The notes beneath the pieces are model-generated. The model was not told where the DNA came from. It searched no databases and saw nothing but the letters and a program-made list of their open reading frames with translations. From positions 1-60,129 of the forward strand of contig JAUYKA010000007.1 in the NCBI GenBank assembly GCA_030698495.1: DNA of 60,129 nt. Reading direction: 5' to 3'. The position numbers were made by a program, and so were the translations under genes. Shown piece by piece: positions 51,667 through 60,129 of this stretch. This stretch comes from a bacterium (lineage in GTDB: Bacteria > Patescibacteriota > Andersenbacteria > UBA10190). Numbering within the stretch: position 1 is the stretch's first letter; every line of letters begins with the position of its first letter.

Positions 51667-53612
51667 GCGGCGGCGCCGGATGGTTGGGTGGATACCGCCG
51701 GCGAGGCGGTTTTTTCGCCGGGAGGCGATTGGTTGCTGTCGTCGGAAACAGGGGAGACGGCAGGTTGTCCGGACATCAACTCGGCAAATTCAACTTGCTC
51801 GATTGTTTCCTGTTTGATAAGAGTTTGAGCGATAAGCTCCAGTTTCTCGCTATATTTGTTGAGAATTTCTGCCGCTTGGTCGCACGCTTGGCTGATAAAC
51901 TTGGAGATAGCGGCGTCAATTTTAGTGGCGGTATCTTCAGAATAGTTGCGTGATTCGTGCAGATCTCTACCCAGAAAAACGAACTCATCTTTATGGCCGA
52001 AAGTTATAGGACCAAGATCGGACATACCCCATTCGGTAACAATGCGGCGCGCCAGGGCGGTAGCTTTGCTAAGGTCGTTACTGGCGCCGGTGGTAATGTC
52101 TTGGAATGTTTTCTGCTCGGCAGTGAAGCCGCCCATTAACGTAGCCAGCTCACCAATGAATTCGGTTTTAGTGTGCAGGTGACGATCCTGTTCGGGCAGT
52201 TTGAGGGTATAGCCGCCGGCATGGCCGCGAGAGATGATGGATATTTTGCGTACCGGATCGGTGTGAGGCATGTAATAGGCAACCACGGCGTGGCCGGCCT
52301 CGTGATAGGCGGTAACTTTCTTCTCGTGGTCGGAGAACACGCGACTGCGCCGTTCGGGGCCAAGCATGACTTTTTCAATACTTTCGGTCATGTCGCTCTG
52401 TAACACTTGGTTGCGGTTATGGCGGGCGGCAAAAATAGCCGCTTCGTTGATGAGGTTGGCCAGATCAGCGCCGGAAAATCCGGGGGTGCGTTCGGCGATA
52501 TTGCGCAGGTTGGAATCATCAGCCAGAGGAACATGGCGCGAATGAATTTTCATGATTTCCTCACGCTCGCGAATATCGGGTAATTCCATGGTCACCTGAC
52601 GGTCGAAGCGTCCCGGGCGCAACAGAGCGGGATCAAGAACGTCCGGACGATTGGTGGCGGCCAATACGATAACATTGTCGTTTTGTTCAAAGCCGTCCAT
52701 TTCGACGAGGATCTGGTTGAGAGTTTGCTCACGTTCGTCGTGGCCACCGCCTAGTCCTGTGCCACGTTGGCGGCCGACGGCGTCGAGCTCGTCAATAAAT
52801 AGAATAGCGGGCGAGCGATGTTTAACTTTACGGAAAAGGTCGCGCACGCGGGAAGCGCCGACGCCGACAAACATTTCGACGAAGTCGGAACCGGAGATAC
52901 TAAAGAAAGGCACGCCCGTTTCGCCGGCCACGGCGCGGGCAATTAAAGTTTTGCCGGTGCCGGGAGGCCCGATTAAGAGGACGCCTTTGGGAATGCGCGC
53001 GCCCAGACGCAGGAATTTCTTTGGCGTTTTCAAAAACTCAACCACTTCTTCCAGTTCATGTTTGGCTTCCAGATTGCCGGCAACATCTTTGAAGGTGACT
53101 CGTTTCTTGCCGTCTTTTTGTTCAACTGGCCGTTGGGTTGTTTGTCCGAAAGTCATAGCGCGATTAGAAGCAGATTGGGCGCTGCGCATCATGAACCAGA
53201 GGAAACCGCCCAGCAGTAGGAAGGGAAGCAGAATAGGCAGAAGAGAATTCATCCAATACGAAAGGCCGGAGGGCCTTTCAAAAGTTAAGTTGAGATTCTT
53301 AAGCTGGTTATCGGTTATGCCGAGGTTATGAAGAGTATCGGTGATGGAGGCATCGGTTTCTTTTTGGGTGATGAGTTCGGTGTCGGAGTTTTTGATTTTA
53401 ACGTCAACTTCGTCCTGCTTGACGGTGATACTGTCAACGTTGTTAGCTTGAATTTCATCAACGATGCGCGTTATAGAGACGTCTTCGGTTGTTTGTAAAG
53501 GGCGGCCGTAAATGCCGACAATGGAAAGCACTACTAACAGAATCAGCAGGGCGATACCGATGTTTTTGAGGAAGCCGTCGCGACGAAAGGAGGGGAGAGT
53601 GGGTTTGGGCAT
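51663..53612 (-). CDS. ftsH: ATP-dependent zinc metalloprotease FtsH
   Basis: Two TM helices, an AAA+ domain ([16 protein letters not shown]), the SRH and the zinc motif HEAGH. Confidence 0.97.
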   Translation of the reverse strand: MPKPTLPSFRRDGFLKNIGIALLILLVVLSIVGIYGRPLQTTEDVSITRIVDEIQANNVDSITVKQDEVDVKIKNSDTELITQKETDASITDTLHNLGITDNQLKNLNLTFERPSGLSYWMNSLLPILLPFLLLGGFLWFMMRSAQSASNRAMTFGQTTQRPVEQKDGKKRVTFKDVAGNLEAKHELEEVVEFLKTPKKFLRLGARIPKGVLLIGPPGTGKTLIARAVAGETGVPFFSISGSDFVEMFVGVGASRVRDLFRKVKHRSPAILFIDELDAVGRQRGTGLGGGHDEREQTLNQILVEMDGFEQNDNVIVLAATNRPDVLDPALLRPGRFDRQVTMELPDIREREEIMKIHSRHVPLADDSNLRNIAERTPGFSGADLANLINEAAIFAARHNRNQVLQSDMTESIEKVMLGPERRSRVFSDHEKKVTAYHEAGHAVVAYYMPHTDPVRKISIISRGHAGGYTLKLPEQDRHLHTKTEFIGELATLMGGFTAEQKTFQDITTGASNDLSKATALARRIVTEWGMSDLGPITFGHKDEFVFLGRDLHESRNYSEDTATKIDAAISKFISQACDQAAEILNKYSEKLELIAQTLIKQETIEQVEFAELMSGQPAVSPVSDDSNQSPPGEKTASPAVSTQPSGAAA

Positions 53613-53730
53613 AGAATATTTTAAGCGTTAGTTTAGCCTACCTTAAATGATAGCGTATGGGTAGGATGTGCGTCGAGAATGCCCCAAAGTGAGGATAAAA
53701 TCAAGGGGATTTGTGTTCTGGGCTAGCATA

Positions 53731-53920
53731 GTTTTTCTCCGGCGGGGAAATTCTGCCCTCTATCATTTTTTACTTCTGGCGGCACACTTGCTCGCCCCAG
53801 CGGCGAGCCGCGCTCGACTCACGGCCTTGCCACTTTGCCCATAAGGCAAAGACCAGGCTGGCAAGGCCGTGAGACGGCCGCCAAGAGCAAATACAGCTAA
53901 CACCACCCGCCGTGTTAGTC
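53731..53920. ncRNA. Candidate structured RNA/element 'L2' (homolog of 35046-35235), strand unresolved
   Basis: It has the same three-way junction as L1: GGCGGC/GCCGCC closing helix, hairpin A CTCGCC-CCAGC-GGCGAG, the conserved GCGCTCGACT and hairpin B CACGGCCTTGCCA...TGGCAAGGCCGTG with a conserved ACCAGGC bulge. Confidence 0.45.
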
Positions 53921-53984
53921 CATAATTAACCTAGAGAATTTGTTCCCTTAGATTTTATTGGGAGGAGAAGAGGGGAGAAACGGC

Positions 53985-54620
53985 TCAGGCGACGCTTGAG
54001 CCGTTTGTAGGGGCTTTTTTGGGGGTGGCGGCTGTGTTGGTCGGGGTAAGGGATTTAATGGTGCCGTCGGGGTTTAGGTTGGTTTCGATAATGACTATTT
54101 CACCTTTATCTTGGCCGGGGAGGGTTAGGTCTTGGCCGGCCAGTTTGGCGAGTTGTTGGAGCCAGCCGGAGTGGGTGACGCAGGCTACGGTCATATTGGG
54201 GTAGCGGTTAGCCAGTTCTTTTAGGGTTTGCTTAACGCGCCGGACGACGTCTTCATCAGACTCGCCGCCGAGCGGACGGTAGTCGTATTCGGTTTGATGT
54301 CTGGTTTTTTGAAAATCGGCCGGCGTGGCTGACCAGCGCATGCCTTCGTAGAAACCCAGGTTTTTTTCGCGCAGGAGAGGTTGATTGGCTTCTTTTATAC
54401 CGGACGGAAAAAATTTGGCTAATATGTGACTGGTTTCTTGAGCGCGGGCTAAATCGGAAGAGAGTAATAGTTGAACTTTTTGGGCGCGCAGCAGGGGCGC
54501 CACGGCGGCGGCGTAGCGTTCGGTTTGGGGCGGGAGAATAGTGCCGTGGTGTTGGCCAAGCAGGCGTCCTTCCTGGGATTCGAGCGTGGGACCGTGGCGA
54601 AGGAAAAATACATTAGTCAT
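53985..54620 (-). CDS. Histidine phosphatase (phosphoglycerate mutase-like) family protein
   Basis: The sequence starts FFLRHGPT (the RHG motif) and has a downstream His in VTHSGW. Confidence 0.78.
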   Translation of the reverse strand: MTNVFFLRHGPTLESQEGRLLGQHHGTILPPQTERYAAAVAPLLRAQKVQLLLSSDLARAQETSHILAKFFPSGIKEANQPLLREKNLGFYEGMRWSATPADFQKTRHQTEYDYRPLGGESDEDVVRRVKQTLKELANRYPNMTVACVTHSGWLQQLAKLAGQDLTLPGQDKGEIVIIETNLNPDGTIKSLTPTNTAATPKKAPTNGSSVA

Positions 54621-54791
54621 ATTGATAGTATATAGTATTTAGTGTGTAGTATTTAGTATATTACATTAGCTTTTTGCCCTCGTAGCTCCCCACTTCGCTC
54701 AATCCATGATTGAGCTTCGCGGGGCAAGCATCTAAATTTGAAAAGTATGCTTGTCTAGCGTAGCTTTGTCAGAATAACAAAGCTGGATCCA

Positions 54792-54866
54792 GCCCTCGTA
54801 GCTCAGCGGATTAGAGCACCACCGTCCTAAGGTGGGTTGTCGCAGGTTCGATTCCTGCCGAGGGCA
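54792..54866 (+). tRNA. tRNA-Arg (anticodon CCT)
   Basis: Acceptor GCCCTCG/CGAGGGC, anticodon stem-loop CCACC-GTCCTAA-GGTGG and T-arm GCAGG-TTCGATT-CCTGC. Confidence 0.86.
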
Positions 54867-54869
54867 CTA

Positions 54870-55625
54870 ATGAAGACACAGACACCTACGTTTAAATATG
54901 AGCAGCAGTATTGGCAACAGGGGATTGATTTGATTGCCGGGGTTGATGAGGTGGGGATGGGGGCGCTGGCGGGACCTGTTTGTGCTGCCGCCGTAATATT
55001 TGGCAGCGGCAAAACGCAAAACGCATCCCCCGTCGCTAAAGCTATGGGGGACAAGGAAATCAAAAGGCAAAATATTGGTATCCCGCTTACGCGGGACAAG
55101 ATTTTCATTAGAGATAGCAAAACTTTGTCGGCTAAACAGCGAGAGATGGCGGAGAAGTGGATTCGTGAAAATGCTTTGGCTTGGGCGGTGGGGGAGGCTT
55201 CGGTGGAGGAGATTACGGTTTTGAATATTCGCCGGGCGTCGCATTTGGCGATGCGGCGGGCGGTTGACGCGCTGTCTCAAAAGCCGGAGATGTTGTTGGT
55301 TGACGGCAATCCGGCACAGCCGCATGAGACAGTACCGAGCGTTAATATTCTGGACGGAGATGCTTTGTCTTTTTCAATAGCGGCGGCGAGTATTGTGGCG
55401 AAAGTCTATCGGGATAATCTAATGGTTGAGCTGGATAAGAAATATCCGGCGTATGGGTTCGCGGCACATAAGGGTTACGGCAGTCAGTTTCATTTGGGGG
55501 CGTTGAAAGAACACGGCGCGTGCGCAATTCACCGGCCGACTTACGCGCCCATAGCAAAACTTAAAAGGCAAAACGAATCCCACTTCGCCCCGCCCAAGGC
55601 TGGGCTACGCGGGACAAGAAACTAA
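54870..55625 (+). CDS. rnhB: Ribonuclease HII carrying in-frame repeat insertions
   Basis: GVDEVGMGALAGPV, DSKTLS, SIVAKVYRD, GYGS..H and HRPTYAP. The ATG at 54870 is 4 nt after tRNA-Arg. About 27 extra aa sit between the AAVIF and DSK motifs. Confidence 0.88.
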   Translation: MKTQTPTFKYEQQYWQQGIDLIAGVDEVGMGALAGPVCAAAVIFGSGKTQNASPVAKAMGDKEIKRQNIGIPLTRDKIFIRDSKTLSAKQREMAEKWIRENALAWAVGEASVEEITVLNIRRASHLAMRRAVDALSQKPEMLLVDGNPAQPHETVPSVNILDGDALSFSIAAASIVAKVYRDNLMVELDKKYPAYGFAAHKGYGSQFHLGALKEHGACAIHRPTYAPIAKLKRQNESHFAPPKAGLRGTRN

Positions 55626-55782
55626 AAACAACAAGATAAAACTTAAAAGAGACTGCTGTGACGCGGTTTTTTCTTGCCTAGGGTTGACGAAATTGCTTGG
55701 TTGTTATAGTTTCTATAAATCGTCCTGCGATAGCAGGACTCCAATATTTTGCATTTTGATTTTTGAATTTTAAATTTGTTTT

Positions 55783-56040
55783 ATGGCCGTTCCCAAGAAG
55801 AAAACCTCAAGAACCAAGCGCAACATGCGGCGCAGCCATCACGGCCGAAGCCGGTTGCAGTTGTCGACTTGTCCGCGCTGTCATTATACTGTGCCGGCGC
55901 ATACGGCTTGTCCAAATTGCGGCACTTATCATGGCCGGGAAGTTATTGACGTACTGAAGAAGCTGGAGAAGAAGGAGCGCAAGGCTAAGGAGAAGGAATT
56001 GGAAGAGCAGGAGCACGAACACGAGCACAACGAAACGTAG
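55783..56040 (+). CDS. rpmF: 50S ribosomal protein L32 with a Glu/Lys/His-rich tail
   Basis: MAVPKKKTSRTKRNMRRSH... with a C-x2-C...C-x2-C zinc ribbon. Confidence 0.9.
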   Translation: MAVPKKKTSRTKRNMRRSHHGRSRLQLSTCPRCHYTVPAHTACPNCGTYHGREVIDVLKKLEKKERKAKEKELEEQEHEHEHNET

Positions 56041-56152
56041 AACTAAAAACTAAAAGTGAAAAACTATAACCTAAAACCCAAAAGAACGACCACGACATTG
56101 TTTTGAGTTTTTAGTTGTTCTTTTGCATTTTTCGTTTTGCCTTTTACGTTTA
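56041..56152. repeat. About 115-bp palindromic element, 'AAAACGCAAAA' dialect
   Basis: It shares the central AAAACCCAAAAGAACGAC block and the right arm TTTTGCATTTTTCGTTTTGCCTTTTACGTTT with 47529-47644. Confidence 0.75.
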
Positions 56153-56197
56153 AAAGGGTTATAACTGTATCAAGATTATTTACTGTACTTTACCGTT

Positions 56198-56635
56198 ATG
56201 GCCAATCGTCACTTAAGCCGTTCTGTAGCGTTGCAGGCCCTGTTTGAATGGGACTTTAAGGGCAAGGCTAAAGGCCAGCTTAAAGAAGTGGCAAAACGTG
56301 TCGTGGTGGATTTCGCGCCGGGCATGGACGGTACCGACTTTTTGTACGATCTGCTGTTCGGGGTGGAAAAAAACCTGAAGAGTATTGACGGACTGATTAC
56401 TAAGTCAGCGCCGGATTGGCCGCTGGAGCAAATAACCAATGTCGATCGCAATGTGTTGCGCATCGGTATTTATGAGCTGAAGTTCGGCGGCAGCGATGAC
56501 GTGCCGCCGAAGGTGGCGATAAACGAAGCGATTGAGCTGGCGAAAACATTCGGCGGCGCCAGTTCGGGAAAGTTCGTTAACGGCGTGCTGGGAACGATCT
56601 ATAAGGAGATGGGAGAGCCACGTAAAAATGAATAG
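56198..56635 (+). CDS. nusB: Transcription antitermination factor NusB
   Basis: 145 aa with R..A.QALF..DF... and LRIGIYEL...[17 protein letters not shown]. Confidence 0.88.
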   Translation: MANRHLSRSVALQALFEWDFKGKAKGQLKEVAKRVVVDFAPGMDGTDFLYDLLFGVEKNLKSIDGLITKSAPDWPLEQITNVDRNVLRIGIYELKFGGSDDVPPKVAINEAIELAKTFGGASSGKFVNGVLGTIYKEMGEPRKNE

Positions 56636-56757
56636 AAAAACGTAAAAGGTAAAACGAAAAATGCAAAAGAACAACATAAAAATCAAAAGTTTTACGACGG
56701 TAATGTTTTAGGTTTTGAGTTGTTATTTTTCGTTTTTCGCTTTAAGTTTTTAGTTTT
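56636..56757. repeat. About 120-bp palindromic element, 'AAAACGCAAAA' dialect
   Basis: AAAAACGTAAAAGGTAAAACGAAAAATGCAAAAGAACAAC...GTTGTTATTTTTCGTTTTTCGCTTTAAGTTTTT. Confidence 0.75.
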
Positions 56758-56758
56758 T

Positions 56759-57442
56759 ATGCCAGATTTATCGGAATTAGAAAAAACACTGGGGGTTGAA
56801 TTCAAGAACAAGGATTTAGTGGAAACGGCGCTGACGCATCGTTCTTATTTAAATGAGAATCCGAGGTTTAACCTGCCGCATAACGAGCGGCTGGAGTTTT
56901 TGGGCGACGCGGTGCTGGAATTGATTGTGACGGATCACCTTTATCATCACTACAATTTACCGGAAGGAGAGTTAACTAATTTGCGGGCGGCGGTGGTACG
57001 CGGAGAAATGTTATCGGTGGTGGCGGAGGAGCTGGGCCTTGACGATTTTCTGCTTCTTTCGCGCGGGGAAAAGAAAGATACGGGTAAGGCCAGACAATAT
57101 ATTTGGGCTAATGCAGTGGAAGCGGTGATTGGCGCGATATATTTGGATGCGGGATATGAGGCGGCCGCCGGGTTCATAGAAAGAAATATTATTAAGAGGC
57201 TGCCGGAAGTAATAGAGCAGGGATTGCATATTGACAGCAAAAGCAAGTTTCAGGAATTGGCACAGGAAAAATATCGCGCAACGCCTTCTTATAAGGTTTT
57301 GAGTGAAGAGGGTCTGGATCACGCCAAACAGTTTGTGGTTGGTGTTTTTGTCGGTAAGGAACAGATGGGAGAGGGTAAGGGGACCAGTAAACAAGAGGCA
57401 CAGCAGAATGCGGCGAAAGAAGCGTTGGAGAAGATACAGTGA
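56759..57442 (+). CDS. rnc: Ribonuclease III
   Basis: The signature NERLEFLGDAVL and a C-terminal dsRBD (GKGTSKQEAQQNAAKEAL). The ATG at 56759 is preferred over the longer ORF. Confidence 0.92.
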   Translation: MPDLSELEKTLGVEFKNKDLVETALTHRSYLNENPRFNLPHNERLEFLGDAVLELIVTDHLYHHYNLPEGELTNLRAAVVRGEMLSVVAEELGLDDFLLLSRGEKKDTGKARQYIWANAVEAVIGAIYLDAGYEAAAGFIERNIIKRLPEVIEQGLHIDSKSKFQELAQEKYRATPSYKVLSEEGLDHAKQFVVGVFVGKEQMGEGKGTSKQEAQQNAAKEALEKIQ

Positions 57443-57506
57443 ATTCAGTAAATACAGTAAATTAAGTAAATACAGCCGCTGAATTTACTGTTTTTACTGT
57501 ATTCAC
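57434..57506. repeat. Word-built palindrome, 'TAAATACAG' dialect, overlapping the rnc stop codon
   Basis: ATACAG-TGA-ATTCAGTAAATACAGTAAATTAAGTAAATACAG...CTGAATTTACTGTTTTTACTGTATTCAC. Confidence 0.7.
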
Positions 57507-57519
57507 TTAAAATAAGGCA

Positions 57520-59823
57520 ATGCAGTTACTGGAACTTGAAGTAGTTGGTTTCAAATCCTTCGCAACAAGAGCGCGGCTGAAATTTGGTCCCGGCATTACG
57601 GCGGTTATCGGACCGAACGGCAGCGGCAAAAGCAATCTGGCGGAAGCGGTGCGTTGGGTGCTGGGAGAGCAGTCGTTGAAGTCATTGCGCGGGCGTAAAA
57701 CAGAGGACGTTATTTTTTCCGGCAACGATAAACGGCGCGGCAGCGGCCAGGCCAGAGTGTCTTTGCTATTAAGTAATGAAGTAAAAAGAATGACGGTGGA
57801 GGCGGAGGAAGTTGATTTGACCCGCTTGGTTACCCGGTCGGGGGACAGCGAATATTTATTGAACGGCGATCCGATGCGACTGGTTGATATTCAACAAATG
57901 CTGGCGGAGGCCGGGTTAGGCACAAAGAGTTATTCAGTGATATCACAAGGCACGGTTGATCAATATTTAACAGCATCGCCGACGGCGAGGCGGGAATTGT
58001 TTGATGAGGCGTGCGGCATTAAAAGCTTACAGATAAAAATGCGCCGGGCCGAGCAGAAGCTGGCGCAGGCTGATTTGCGTATTCACGATTTACAAACGGT
58101 TTTGCAAGAGCTGGAGCCAAAATTGAAAGTGTTGAGACGGCAGGCCAAGCGGCTGGAGCAAAGAGAGGATACAGCTAAGCGATACGAACGAGCGCAGGCG
58201 GGCTGGTATCGGCAAGCGTGGCACGAAATGGCGGCGGCGGTACAGAGAGTGCAAAGCCAGGCGGAAGAAGATGAGCAAAAACTGGCCGTGGCCAGGCAGG
58301 AGCGCAAAAAAGCGGAAGCGGCGTTATTCGCAGCTTTGACAGCGGGGGAAGAGAACAAAGAAGCTTCGTTATGGCAGAGGCGGCAGACACTGGAACAGGA
58401 GTTATTGCAAGCAGAGCAAGAATACGAGAGAAATACACGACTGTATGAACAAAACAAAGAGCAGAAGCGTGAGTTGACGGCATCGTTGGAGCAAGTGCGA
58501 CAAGCTTTAAGGAGCGCGCAGCAAAAACTGGCACGAGCGCGGGAGGAGGTACGGCAGGATGACATTATGTCCTTTATCGGCCAGCTGCTGCGCCGTTGTC
58601 ACAGTGCCTTGGCGTCCTGGCTGGCCGGTAATCAGCCGGACAGCGATGATATCAGACAATTGAACAACCAACTGGCACAAGCAATGGAGCAGTTGAACAG
58701 TGAGGGAACTAGCGTGGCAGCGGCACAGACATTAATGCGAAAATTGGAAGAGCCGTTGCAGGCGGTAGCGCGTTTGCAGGCAGTGGAACACGAGAGGCAA
58801 GCGCAGTTAAAAAAAATACCGCAGCTAATGCCGCCGGATCATGGAAGGCTAGTGCAATTGCGACGAGTGTATGAATCCGCCGACACAGGCCAGGATGGCT
58901 GGGAAGCCAAGAAGCTGGAAAAACTATTAGCACAGTCTAGAGACGAGGAGTTGTTGGCCGAAAGGAACAACAGTGCCGGCGCGGCGGCTATGAGCCAGGC
59001 ACGCGGGGAGCTGGCGGCGCTGGAGAGCGAAATCAGGCGAGAGCGAGGCACACAGTTTTTAGTTGAAACACAGCACAGCATACCCGACAAAGAAGATTTG
59101 GCAACCAGTCAGGAATTGGTGCGGCGTTTGTCGGCTAGGTTGGCGGCGCTAGGCGAGCCGGATCCGTTAATCGCACGGGAATATCAAGAGACAGCGGCCC
59201 GTTTTGCCGGACTGGAGAAACAGCGTGATGATATTTTGGCGGCAAGGCACAATACCGACAAACTTATTAAGTCGCTAAAGAGGGAGACGGAGCATAAATT
59301 CCGTCAGCAGTTTGCCGCTATCCAAAAAGCTTTTCAGGATAATTTTACCAGGCTGTTTGGCGGCGGAGCGGCTCAACTTGAGATTGTCGATTGCACTGTT
59401 GACGAGCTCGAAGAAGGGCAGACAGAGGAGGCGGAAAGCAGACCGGTGCAGGGCATAGAGATAATGGCACATCCGCCCGGTAAGCGCCCCCGACATATTA
59501 ATTTGCTATCCGGCGGAGAGAAAGCGCTGACTTCTTTGGCTCTGCTGTTAGCGATACTGCAGGTGCAAAAACCGCCGTTTTTGGTGCTGGATGAAGTTGA
59601 TGCCGCGCTGGATGAGGCAAATTCGGTGCGTTTCGGCGGGATGCTGAAATTGATGAGCGAGCACACACAATGCGTGGTTATTACCCATAACCGGGCAATT
59701 ATGGCGGAAGCGGACGTATTGTATGGGGTCACAATGGGGGGAGATGGGGTTTCTAAGGTTTATTCGGTGAAAATGGCGGATATAGAGGAGGCGGAAGAAT
59801 TTAGTGAGACAATGGAAGTTTAA
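57520..59823 (+). CDS. smc: SMC-family chromosome segregation ATPase, unusually short (767 aa), no recognisable hinge
   Basis: Walker [10 protein letters not shown], the C-terminal [16 protein letters not shown] signature, Walker [12 protein letters not shown] and ...LYGVTM. The middle part is continuous coiled-coil-like sequence. Confidence 0.85.
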   Translation: MQLLELEVVGFKSFATRARLKFGPGITAVIGPNGSGKSNLAEAVRWVLGEQSLKSLRGRKTEDVIFSGNDKRRGSGQARVSLLLSNEVKRMTVEAEEVDLTRLVTRSGDSEYLLNGDPMRLVDIQQMLAEAGLGTKSYSVISQGTVDQYLTASPTARRELFDEACGIKSLQIKMRRAEQKLAQADLRIHDLQTVLQELEPKLKVLRRQAKRLEQREDTAKRYERAQAGWYRQAWHEMAAAVQRVQSQAEEDEQKLAVARQERKKAEAALFAALTAGEENKEASLWQRRQTLEQELLQAEQEYERNTRLYEQNKEQKRELTASLEQVRQALRSAQQKLARAREEVRQDDIMSFIGQLLRRCHSALASWLAGNQPDSDDIRQLNNQLAQAMEQLNSEGTSVAAAQTLMRKLEEPLQAVARLQAVEHERQAQLKKIPQLMPPDHGRLVQLRRVYESADTGQDGWEAKKLEKLLAQSRDEELLAERNNSAGAAAMSQARGELAALESEIRRERGTQFLVETQHSIPDKEDLATSQELVRRLSARLAALGEPDPLIAREYQETAARFAGLEKQRDDILAARHNTDKLIKSLKRETEHKFRQQFAAIQKAFQDNFTRLFGGGAAQLEIVDCTVDELEEGQTEEAESRPVQGIEIMAHPPGKRPRHINLLSGGEKALTSLALLLAILQVQKPPFLVLDEVDAALDEANSVRFGGMLKLMSEHTQCVVITHNRAIMAEADVLYGVTMGGDGVSKVYSVKMADIEEAEEFSETMEV

Positions 59824-59995
59824 ATATGAATTTCCAATCTTCAATTTCCAAAATTGTTTGTCATTGCGAACCCAGCACCTTTTTGCAAAAAGGGGGCTGG
59901 GTGCGGCAATCTTAACGTCGTGTTTGAAAATTGAAACATTGGGTCTTCAATGGAAATTGGAAATTGAGCATTGAAAATTGGCGCTTGCCAGTCTT
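59824..59995. repeat. Word-built palindromic spacer, 'GGAAATTGAAAATTG' dialect
   Basis: AATTTCCAATCTTCAATTTCCAAAATTG ... CAATGGAAATTGGAAATTGAGCATTGAAAATTGG with a central GC hairpin. The same dialect occurs at 24690-24960. Confidence 0.65.
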
Positions 59996-60129
59996 TTCTA
60001 ATCCGAAAACCGGCCTGAACGAGCGTCCGTAACAGTAGGAATATTAACGAGAATTAATGGTAGAAAAGAGCTTCCTTTTAGCTAAGTTCATCTGAGTGGC
60101 AAACTCAGTGTCACTTTGAGCATAGGCCA

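Noticed and set aside
58083-58565. Long antisense or alternative-frame ORFs inside smc, and similarly inside gyrA, the P-type ATPase, ftsH, rny, nusA and the pyrophosphatase gene.
   Set aside because: These are shadow ORFs of strongly supported genes on the opposite strand or in another frame. Their sequences are Ser/Cys/Arg-rich nonsense with no independent signals.

Overview
This 60 kb chromosomal window looks like a small-genome Patescibacteria/CPR-type bacterium. That assignment is an inference from gene content and style: housekeeping genes with charged tails, arrays of small pilin-like membrane proteins, homing-endonuclease ORFs and very repeat-rich spacers.

The housekeeping backbone is gyrA, rpsA, nusA, a membrane pyrophosphatase, tig, clpP, rny, nfo, a family-4 UDG, rplS, an RluA-type pseudouridine synthase, pyrD, a MacAB/HlyD-like efflux trio, ftsH, rnhB, rpmF, nusB, rnc and a short SMC. 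I found 14 tRNA genes plus tRNA fragments. I recognised no rRNA, CRISPR array, transposase or integrase.

The parts that stand out:
1. An operon of seven VirB2/TrbC-like two-TM 'pilin' paralogs (2753-6767). One gene fuses four pilin modules, and there are fresh gene-conversion tracts.
2. Five homing-endonuclease-type ORFs (2 LAGLIDADG, 2 GIY-YIG, 1 HNH), each abutting or overlapping a tRNA gene, with tRNA duplication scars nearby.
3. Structured repeats whose stems covary between copies. These are a 96-bp tandem unit inside a tRNA operon and a ~180-nt three-way-junction element at 35.1 kb and 53.8 kb.
4. Short palindromic repeats inserted in frame into nfo and rnhB, and 'word-built' intergenic palindromes that also supply stop codons.
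5. A GC-richer islet next to tRNA-Val carrying an exonuclease-glycosyltransferase-nucleotidyltransferase operon, a 500-bp GC-rich non-coding block and a Doc/HTH toxin-antitoxin pair.

All family assignments come from motif recognition by eye. No searches were run.
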